Shown: positions 1 to 7,515 of the stretch, piece by piece
Position numbering within the stretch: the first letter of the stretch is position 1
Layout of the letters: the number at the start of each line of letters is the position of its first letter
Assembly (NCBI GenBank): GCA_026936045.1
Contig: JAIXKU010000215.1
Coordinates: 1 to 53,034, forward strand
Length of the DNA: 53,034 nt
Source of the DNA: Flavobacteriales bacterium
GTDB taxonomy: Bacteria > Bacteroidota > Bacteroidia > CAIKAF01
Reading direction: 5' to 3'
Made by a program: the position numbers and the translations under genes
The notes under the pieces: generated by a model
Database searches by the model: none
What the model saw: only the letters and a program-made list of their open reading frames with translations
Told to the model about the DNA's origin: nothing

Positions 1-1
1 G

Positions 2-1423
2 AAATATTATTTGGGCATTGATCTAGGATCTACAACCTCTAAAGCAGTCATCATTGATGAAAATGATCAAATTGTTGGAAGAGGGATTACAAATACTCGA
101 GCAAACTATAAAGTAGCAGCCGATATTGCAAAAGACGAAGCTGTATATAATGCCCGTTTCTCTATTCTTAAAAAGAAACTGGAACAAGAAATTCAGGCAA
201 AACCCGCCTTTGCCAAATATATCTCTGATTTAGAAAGCATGTTCCAATACGAGCAATTTAAAGTGCGCCTTGACAAACTGGGTGATGAATTATTGAAAAC
301 ATGTAAAACATATTTTGCAGATGCTCAAACTCAGGAAGAAATGATTACACATCTGCGTAATATCCGTAAAATGTTCAAACCAAAGATTAAGCAGGATTAT
401 CTTTATAATAACCTCGGAGCAAAAAATCAGTTTTTTAGAGATATCGTTTCTGAAAAATATAATGAAGAGGTGGCTAAGCTTGAGATGGCATTGTTTGAAC
501 CTTTAATGACTGTTTGGGATAAGAGTATCAGCCCGGCTGAAAATGAACGTGTACTGTTCGATTTCAAAGAACTAGTAAACAAAGCCATGGAGGAACTTAA
601 AAAGAAATACGAAAATCTTCCTGATACCGTAGCAGAAGGTGTGAGCGTAAACTTTGATGCAGAGCTTAATCTCTTAAAAGGTGAGTTTGATCATGTAGAG
701 AAAACACTTCGTACACATATTGAAGAAATCGCTGATATGGATTTCAACATAGCAAATATGACAGGTACCGGTTATGGACGTGCCTTATTACCATTTCCTC
801 AGGAATGTATCCGCTCAGAAATTCTCTGCCATGCTTTTGGTGCGCATGCTGTGTTCCCAAATACAAGAACAGTACTTGATATCGGCGGACAAGATACAAA
901 AGCTATTCAGGTTGACCAGTATGGACTGGTTACAAGCTTCCAGATGAATGACCGTTGTGCAGCCGGTTGTGGAAGATATCTTGGATACATAGCCGACGAG
1001 ATGAGTATCTCGTTGAATGAACTTGGCCCAATGGCTATGAAAGCTGAGAAAGAAGTAAACATCTGTTCTACCTGTACGGTTTTTGCCGGTGCTGAATTGC
1101 GTGAATTAACTAACTTAGGTGAAAAACGCGAAGATATTCTTGGCGGATTGCATAAGTCAATCATCATGCGTGCTATGTCGTTGATAGCCCGTTCAGGTGG
1201 TGCTTTTAACGAGTTTACATTCACCGGTGGCGTAGCTAGAAATCCCGCTATTATCAAATACCTTGCTGAATTGGTTAGAGAAAACTACGGCGATCAAATA
1301 AAGATTAATATTGATGCCGATTCAATCTTTATGGGCGCATTAGGCGGTGCTCTCTTTGCACGTCAAAATATCAATACTGCATTACCAAACAGTAAGCAGG
1401 CTAAAAATGTAGAGCAAGATTAA
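2..1423 (+). CDS. BcrA/BadF-type (long form) ATPase subunit of an ATP-dependent benzoyl-CoA-reductase-like enzyme (BcrAD_BadFG / acyl-CoA dehydratase activase family); 5' end runs off the window
   Basis: The frame is open from nt 2 (KYYLGIDLGSTTSK), so the TTG at 11 is probably not the true start. Actin-fold phosphate-1 motif GIDLGSTTSKAV, then a roughly 200-aa helical insertion, then GTGYGR and DIGGQDTK. The two cluster-type Cys motifs are NDRCAAGCGRYL and CSTCTVFAGAE, followed by FTGGVARN. The 470+ aa size fits the long BcrA/BadF subunit rather than a 260-aa stand-alone activase. Confidence 0.7.
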   Translation, partial: KYYLGIDLGSTTSKAVIIDENDQIVGRGITNTRANYKVAADIAKDEAVYNARFSILKKKLEQEIQAKPAFAKYISDLESMFQYEQFKVRLDKLGDELLKTCKTYFADAQTQEEMITHLRNIRKMFKPKIKQDYLYNNLGAKNQFFRDIVSEKYNEEVAKLEMALFEPLMTVWDKSISPAENERVLFDFKELVNKAMEELKKKYENLPDTVAEGVSVNFDAELNLLKGEFDHVEKTLRTHIEEIADMDFNIANMTGTGYGRALLPFPQECIRSEILCHAFGAHAVFPNTRTVLDIGGQDTKAIQVDQYGLVTSFQMNDRCAAGCGRYLGYIADEMSISLNELGPMAMKAEKEVNICSTCTVFAGAELRELTNLGEKREDILGGLHKSIIMRAMSLIARSGGAFNEFTFTGGVARNPAIIKYLAELVRENYGDQIKINIDADSIFMGALGGALFARQNINTALPNSKQAKNVEQD

Positions 1424-1425
1424 TT

Positions 1426-2577
1426 ATGCCTCAAAGCATTCTCATACTCGGTGCGGGATTAATAGGTAAAGCCATTACTGCTGATTTATTTCAGGAATAT
1501 GACGTTACCTGCGCCGACCGTAATGAGCATGCGCTAGATTTATTAAATCAAGCCTATGGCGTAAAAACACTTGTTTTAGATGCTAATGATGACAACAGGC
1601 TGCAAAATGCCGTCCAGCCTTATGATCTTGTAATAATCGCTGTTCCGGGATTTATGGGATTCAACACTCTAAAAACGGTCATCAGCGCCGGGAAAAATAT
1701 CGTTGATATTTCTTTCTTTCCTGAAAATCCTTTTCTACTCGATCAAATGGCCAAGGAAAAGAATGTAACTGTCATAGTGGATTGCGGTGTTGCGCCCGGC
1801 TTGTGTAATATGTGGGCCGGGTATCAGGATATCCAGATGAAAATGCAGAGTTACGAATGCTTGGTAGGCGGTTTGCCCAAAGTAAGGGAATGGCCATTTG
1901 AATACAAAGCTGTCTTCTCGCCAGCAGATGTAATAGAGGAATATACCCGCCCTGCTCGATATATTGAAAATGGAAAGCAAATAGTAAGAGACGCATTATC
2001 CGATATCGAGCTTGTACAAATTGACGGTGTTGATACATTAGAGTCATTTAATACCGACGGCTTGCGTTCATTGGCACACACACTTTCGCACGTACCAGAC
2101 ATGAAGGAAAAAACACTCCGTTATCCCGGTCACGCAGCACTCATGAAGGTTTTTCGCTCAATCGGATTCTTTGAAAAAGAAGAGATCTCAGTTAATCATT
2201 CAACTGTTTCTCCTTTACAATTCGCATCCAGCCTTCTTTTTTCCAACTGGAAACTTAAGCCCAACGAAGAAGATTTTACAATCATGCGCGTAACGATGAA
2301 AGGTGAAGCAGCTAATGGAGAAAGCCGTATCGTTTGTTATACGCTGCATGATACGTATGATAAGAAACAAAATCTTACTTCTATGGCTCGAACAACCGGA
2401 TTCACATGTTCGGCAACAGCCCGCTTGATACTTAAAGGTATCTTTAATCGAAAAGGTATTTGCCCCCCCGAATATGTCGGCGCTGATCCTCAAGCTTTTA
2501 AAGAAATACAGACTTCCCTGAGTAATCGTAACATTAACATTAAAGAAGAAATATTGACACAGCAGAACATAAAGTAA
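1426..2577 (+). CDS. Saccharopine dehydrogenase-like NAD(P)-dependent oxidoreductase
   Basis: N-terminal Rossmann motif ILILGAGLIGKAI and a DCGVAPGLCN motif. The 383-aa two-domain length is typical of the saccharopine/lysine/carboxynorspermidine dehydrogenase family. Starts 2 nt after the upstream stop. Confidence 0.65.
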   Translation: MPQSILILGAGLIGKAITADLFQEYDVTCADRNEHALDLLNQAYGVKTLVLDANDDNRLQNAVQPYDLVIIAVPGFMGFNTLKTVISAGKNIVDISFFPENPFLLDQMAKEKNVTVIVDCGVAPGLCNMWAGYQDIQMKMQSYECLVGGLPKVREWPFEYKAVFSPADVIEEYTRPARYIENGKQIVRDALSDIELVQIDGVDTLESFNTDGLRSLAHTLSHVPDMKEKTLRYPGHAALMKVFRSIGFFEKEEISVNHSTVSPLQFASSLLFSNWKLKPNEEDFTIMRVTMKGEAANGESRIVCYTLHDTYDKKQNLTSMARTTGFTCSATARLILKGIFNRKGICPPEYVGADPQAFKEIQTSLSNRNINIKEEILTQQNIK

Positions 2578-2595
2578 TCGTTTAATACATCAATT

Positions 2596-3441
2596 ATGAG
2601 CAAATCTATTTATACGGCAGGTATAGACGTTGGCAGTAACTTTATCAAGTTAGTATTGGTAAAATATACTGCTGAAAATCCCGAGATTTTATATAAAGCA
2701 ACAGAAAAAATCCGTAAGCGTGATCCATCGGCTGTGGCTGATGAAATGTTATTAGCAATGTATAAGAAACTAAATATTTCTTACGAAGATATCGCTTATC
2801 TAGCTTCTACCGGTGAAGGGGATTTAATAAAACGCAAGAAAGGGCATTTCTACGGTATGACAACACATGCCAAAGGCGGACACTTCCTATATCCTGAAGC
2901 TAAAACCGTAGTGGATATGGGTGCGCTCTACGTACGCGCCATCAAAGTATCTAATGATTCAAAAGTGCAGGACTACAAAATGACCGGCCAGTGCGCTTCG
3001 GGTTCAGGACAGTTTATTGAAAATATTTCTCGCTACCTAGGCCTTTCTCTTGAAGAAGTAGGTGATGTTTCTCTTACTTCAGAAAACCCGGAGGTATCAT
3101 CCGGTATTTGTGCGGTATTAGCAGAAACGGACGTTATTAATATGGTGTCAAGAGGTATTACAACACCTAATATTATCAAAGGTATTCATATCTCTATCGC
3201 TTCCCGTATCATTAAACTTCTTACCTCCCTTAAGGCCGAATCGCCTATTATGCTTACCGGTGGTATGGCTTTAAATAAAGGTATGATACAAGCCATAGAA
3301 GAACAATTGGCTGAAACAGGTAAGAAATTCGAAATACACTCGCATCCGGATGCTATTTATGCCGGTGCACTTGGCGCTGCTTTATGGGGTGGATTCAGAT
3401 ATTATAAGATCAATGAGAAGAAAGAAGTAGTAGCTAATTAA
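2596..3441 (+). CDS. BcrD/BadG-type (short form) ATPase subunit, BcrAD_BadFG family
   Basis: GIDVGSNFIKLV, Cys motifs GQCASGSGQF and SGICAVLAETD, and LTGGMALN. 281 aa matches the short BcrD/BadG/HgdC size class. Confidence 0.7.
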   Translation: MSKSIYTAGIDVGSNFIKLVLVKYTAENPEILYKATEKIRKRDPSAVADEMLLAMYKKLNISYEDIAYLASTGEGDLIKRKKGHFYGMTTHAKGGHFLYPEAKTVVDMGALYVRAIKVSNDSKVQDYKMTGQCASGSGQFIENISRYLGLSLEEVGDVSLTSENPEVSSGICAVLAETDVINMVSRGITTPNIIKGIHISIASRIIKLLTSLKAESPIMLTGGMALNKGMIQAIEEQLAETGKKFEIHSHPDAIYAGALGAALWGGFRYYKINEKKEVVAN

Positions 3442-3451
3442 TAATTAATAT

Positions 3452-4561
3452 ATGAAAAAGTACCTCTCCACACTTGAAATGTTAGCTATGATGAGTTGTT
3501 CTGTCTTTGCTCAGATAACCATTACAGAGAATGACCTGCCCGAATCCGGTTTTACTTATATTGTAGATAACGACACCTCTACACAAGTGCTACTCGGCAC
3601 ACCCGGGCCATTAGCGCAAGCTTGGGATTACAGCATGCTGGCCAGTCATTACCCCAAAGTGCCTACCTATGACAGCACCATTCATACGGCTTATGCCGGT
3701 GCTTTCCCGGCATCTACACATTATACCTACGGCCCGGCTATAATGTATGGATCATTGTATGGTGGCGCACCGGTTGGTTCACAAGGTATGAATAACGGAT
3801 ATATGTTTTGGCGACGCGACATGACCGGTTTTTGGGTGGAAGGATTTTTGGCCGAACAAGGTACTTTTGCCGACGTAAATGTTTATTATACACCACAGGA
3901 ACTTTTAATCCCGGCACCGGCCACGTATGGTGATTCTTATAATAATACCAGCAATTGGGAATTATGGATGAATAAAAATACGGCTGATTATGATACACTC
4001 TATAGGTGTAATGTTACCAAAACGATCACCGTGGATGCCTTTGGCAGTCTTACTATTCCATCCGGCACCTTTAATTTCATAAGGTTTCATGAACATGTCA
4101 TAAAAGTGGATAGCATATTTGCAGTTCTTAATAGCATCCCACTTTACAGCATGGAATTTACGCGTGATACGTCCAATAATTATCTGTATTACTCCAACGA
4201 TGTAACTTATCCGCTTTGCAGCGTTCATGCCGATGCCAATAATTATATCAGATCAACAGAACATTTTGTGATTAAAGTGCCCATGAGCGCTGAAGAAGAA
4301 GAAACAGCAAATATACAACCGGTGGTTTTCCCCAATCCGGCTTCTTCTTTAATTCAAATAAGCATTCCTTATGGCCTTTCTGCAAATGAACCATGTATTA
4401 TCGTCATTTATGACCTTTCCGGTCGTCAGGTAATACATACCATTTCACAAAGTGAAACTATTAGTCTCTCAACAACTCATTTGCCAAATGGATTATATAT
4501 ATACACCATTACGAATCATAAAGGGAATATATATCAGGGTAAATTTATAATACGTAAATAG
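3452..4561 (+). CDS. Secreted protein of unknown function with C-terminal T9SS sorting domain
   Basis: Signal peptide ending SVFAQ. The C-terminal roughly 80 aa (nt 4313-4558) carry the T9SS CTD pattern VVFPNPASSLIQISIP ... NGLYIYTI ... GKFIIRK. Paralogous to the CDS at 40793-41899: both share AQITIT..D.P, WD[YF]S.L, YGDS, VD.[FW]G..T.P and the CTD. Confidence 0.7.
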   Translation: MKKYLSTLEMLAMMSCSVFAQITITENDLPESGFTYIVDNDTSTQVLLGTPGPLAQAWDYSMLASHYPKVPTYDSTIHTAYAGAFPASTHYTYGPAIMYGSLYGGAPVGSQGMNNGYMFWRRDMTGFWVEGFLAEQGTFADVNVYYTPQELLIPAPATYGDSYNNTSNWELWMNKNTADYDTLYRCNVTKTITVDAFGSLTIPSGTFNFIRFHEHVIKVDSIFAVLNSIPLYSMEFTRDTSNNYLYYSNDVTYPLCSVHADANNYIRSTEHFVIKVPMSAEEEETANIQPVVFPNPASSLIQISIPYGLSANEPCIIVIYDLSGRQVIHTISQSETISLSTTHLPNGLYIYTITNHKGNIYQGKFIIRK

Positions 4562-4564
4562 CGC

Positions 4565-6298
4565 GTGCAAGTTATCAAATCTGATATTACATTAGGCCAG
4601 ATAGTTCCAAACTTAGGTACTATGCTGGAAAGGAACGCTAAGCAGTTTGCCGAGAAACAGGTGTTTTTTGAGAAAGATGAATCCGGCACATATCAGGGTA
4701 TTACGTGGAAAGATTTCTATAATAATATTTTAAACATTGCTGCCAACTTGCAGTCATCCGGCTTTCAGAAAGGTGAAAAGATAGTAATCTTCTCACGTAA
4801 TTGCCTGCATATGCTTGAGGCTGAGCTGGCTATTATGGCGTCGGGAGGTATTGCCGTACCCATCTTTGCCAATTTTAAAAAAGAAACAGCAGCTTTACTT
4901 ATCAAACACTCTGATGCCGCCTATCTGATTATTGCCGGACAAACACAAAATGAGCAGTTGGAAGATGATTTGCATCTTAAACGTATTTGGACTTTTGAAG
5001 ACATATCACATCCCAGAATCTCAAATATTCATCCTTTCTCTGAATTATTAAAACCACGAAAGGATCAAAGTTTCCATCTTGATATCCATACACCGGCCGA
5101 TACCATTTGTCTAAATATGTACACCTCCGGCACAATGGGTGTTCCCAAATGCGTACAACTCACGCATAAGAATATCTTATCTCAGCAAGCGGCGTTAGAA
5201 AATATCTTAAACATTACACCTACTGATCGTTTCTTGGCATACTTGCCTTGGCACCATAGCTTTGGCGGTATCTTTGAACTTTTCTCTGCTTTATACAACG
5301 GCGCTCCGTTTTATTTGGAGAGCAGCTACGGGAAAGATGTAAATCAGATCTTTGAGAACTGGAGAAAAGTGAAGCCTACTGTTTTCTTCAGTGTTCCCAA
5401 AGTGTATCAGTCACTGTTTGAACTGGCTATGACAAGCCCCGAAGCCGAGAAGATGTTTTTTAATTCAGGATTGCGCTTTGTATTTACGGCAGCAGCAGCG
5501 CTACCGGAAAAGCTTTCAAACGAGTTTGAAAAACGAAATATACCCGTTATAGAAGGTTGGGGATTGACAGAAACCTCTCCTTGCTGCACCCTCACAGATC
5601 CTCGGTTAAAACGCATATCAGGCCTTGTTGGTAAACCTATCCCCGGTATCAGCATCCGTATTGCCGATGATGATGAAATTCAGGTGCAAGGACCAAATAT
5701 TATGGTGAGTTATTTTAATAATCCCGAAGCCAATGCACAAGCATTCACTGATGATGGCTGGTACAGGACCGGTGATGTAGGTGAAATTACACCTGACGGA
5801 TTACGACTGATAGCACGTAAGGATCGCATATTTAAACTTTCAAACGGCGAAAAGGTTATTCCCACTGATTTGGAGAAAGCCATTGAACGTACATGCCATT
5901 ACGTACAATATGTAGTGGTGGCAGGTAGTGGTGAAGAATACCCTGTCGCTTTAATTTTCCCAAATACAAAACTACTTGAGAGGCCCGACTATCAGGCTAC
6001 GCCCGATGAAGGATGCTTTTGCCCTCGATCGCTTCATGAATTAACCCGCTGCTTGCATGGTTGTTTGCTTAAAGCCAATGACAGCATTGGTCAGAAATTT
6101 TCAAAGGCACGTTTTGCCGCGCTGATTCGTGATGAACTTTCCTTAGAATCGAATACGTTAACACCTTCAATGAAAGTAGCGCCTAAGAATGTATTAGAGC
6201 GCTATAAAGCTCATTTAAAAAATCTATATGGTGATCATGTTCCTGTTTCAGAGGAAGTATTTGTAATAGAATTGGAGAACCCAAAAAGACAAATGTGA
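4565..6298 (+). CDS. AMP-forming acyl-CoA synthetase (long-chain acyl-CoA ligase type)
   Basis: Adenylate-forming motifs YTSGTMGVPKCV, GWGLTETS, GWYRTGDVG and RKDRIFKLSNGEKV. The C-terminal LTPSMKV tail and 577 aa length fit the ACSL/FadD-long type. GTG start 3 nt after the upstream stop. Confidence 0.85.
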   Translation: MQVIKSDITLGQIVPNLGTMLERNAKQFAEKQVFFEKDESGTYQGITWKDFYNNILNIAANLQSSGFQKGEKIVIFSRNCLHMLEAELAIMASGGIAVPIFANFKKETAALLIKHSDAAYLIIAGQTQNEQLEDDLHLKRIWTFEDISHPRISNIHPFSELLKPRKDQSFHLDIHTPADTICLNMYTSGTMGVPKCVQLTHKNILSQQAALENILNITPTDRFLAYLPWHHSFGGIFELFSALYNGAPFYLESSYGKDVNQIFENWRKVKPTVFFSVPKVYQSLFELAMTSPEAEKMFFNSGLRFVFTAAAALPEKLSNEFEKRNIPVIEGWGLTETSPCCTLTDPRLKRISGLVGKPIPGISIRIADDDEIQVQGPNIMVSYFNNPEANAQAFTDDGWYRTGDVGEITPDGLRLIARKDRIFKLSNGEKVIPTDLEKAIERTCHYVQYVVVAGSGEEYPVALIFPNTKLLERPDYQATPDEGCFCPRSLHELTRCLHGCLLKANDSIGQKFSKARFAALIRDELSLESNTLTPSMKVAPKNVLERYKAHLKNLYGDHVPVSEEVFVIELENPKRQM

Positions 6299-7515
6299 TG
6301 TATAAGATTAAGGCAACAGATACAATGAAGAAAATCATGGGAGACTATTTTCTCTCCCTTGAAAGCGGCAAGAAAAAAGTTGCCTGGTGTACCAGTGTCG
6401 GACCGGCAGAGTTGCTGCGCTCTTTCGGATTTGAAGTTTTCTTTCCTGAGAACCACGGCGCGTTATTAGGCGCTACACGCAAAGCAATGGATTATATTCC
6501 GGAGGCCATTCAACGTGGCTATTCAGGACATGTCTGCTCATACACTACCGCTGATATCGGTTCATATCTTAAAAAAGAATCGCCGCTAGTTTCACACTAT
6601 GGTATGAAAGGTCATCCAAAACCTGATTTAATAGCTTATAATACCAACCAATGTCGAGAAGTGCAGGATTGGTTTCAATTTTTTTCCGATGAGTTTGAAT
6701 GCCCTATTATCGGTATTACTCCTCCACGCTATGTTGACGAAGTAACACAGGATGAGATTGACCTTGTCGTAAAACAGTTTAAGAATATGATTCCTGTCTG
6801 TGAGCAAGTAAGCGGAAGAAAATTTAATGAAGAGGCTTTCAAAGAAACCGTACGTTTAAGTAAAGAAGCTACACTGCTTTGGCAAAAGGTGCTAAAAACT
6901 TCAACAGCAATGAATGCGCCTCTCAGTTTCTTTGACGGCACAATTCACATGGGCCCGATTGTGGTTTTACGAGGTACTCAGATAGCTAAAGATTATTATA
7001 CTCAACTTCTTGCCGAGTTGGGAAATAATGTCAAAAACAATGTCGGCTTTTTACCTAAAGCACGTACACGCATCTTTTGGGAAGGCATGCCGATATGGGG
7101 AAAGCTGCGTATGCTAAGCGACTTGTTTATGGATAACGGTGCCGCAGTCGTTGCTTCTACATATTGTAGCAGTTGGGTGTTTGATAAGTTTGACGAGAAC
7201 GATCCCTGGAACTCTACAGCTCGTGCCTATACAGAAATTTTCATTAATCGCAGCGAACGAATAAAAATGCAGATGCTGACAGATTGGTTTAAAGAGTACA
7301 GCATTGATGGTATAATTTTTCATGATTCAAAAACGTGTTTCAATAACTCCAATGCCAAGTTTGGCATGCCTCAGAAATTACAAAAAATGACCGGTGTGCC
7401 GTCTCTTGTAATAGAAGGTGACTTGTGTGATCTGCGATTCTTCAGTGAAGGTCAGAGCATGACAAAGATTGAAACATTTATTGAACAATTGGAAGAAATA
7501 AAAGAAAACGGATGA
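6295..7515 (+). CDS. 2-hydroxyacyl-CoA dehydratase / benzoyl-CoA reductase B/C family (HGD-D) subunit
   Basis: 406 aa with family-typical segments VAWCTSVGPAELLRSFGFEVFFPENHGA, HVCSY, NQCRE and FHDSKTCFNNS. GTG at 6295 or ATG at 6298, overlapping the ligase stop (ATGTGATG). Confidence 0.7.
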   Translation: MMYKIKATDTMKKIMGDYFLSLESGKKKVAWCTSVGPAELLRSFGFEVFFPENHGALLGATRKAMDYIPEAIQRGYSGHVCSYTTADIGSYLKKESPLVSHYGMKGHPKPDLIAYNTNQCREVQDWFQFFSDEFECPIIGITPPRYVDEVTQDEIDLVVKQFKNMIPVCEQVSGRKFNEEAFKETVRLSKEATLLWQKVLKTSTAMNAPLSFFDGTIHMGPIVVLRGTQIAKDYYTQLLAELGNNVKNNVGFLPKARTRIFWEGMPIWGKLRMLSDLFMDNGAAVVASTYCSSWVFDKFDENDPWNSTARAYTEIFINRSERIKMQMLTDWFKEYSIDGIIFHDSKTCFNNSNAKFGMPQKLQKMTGVPSLVIEGDLCDLRFFSEGQSMTKIETFIEQLEEIKENG

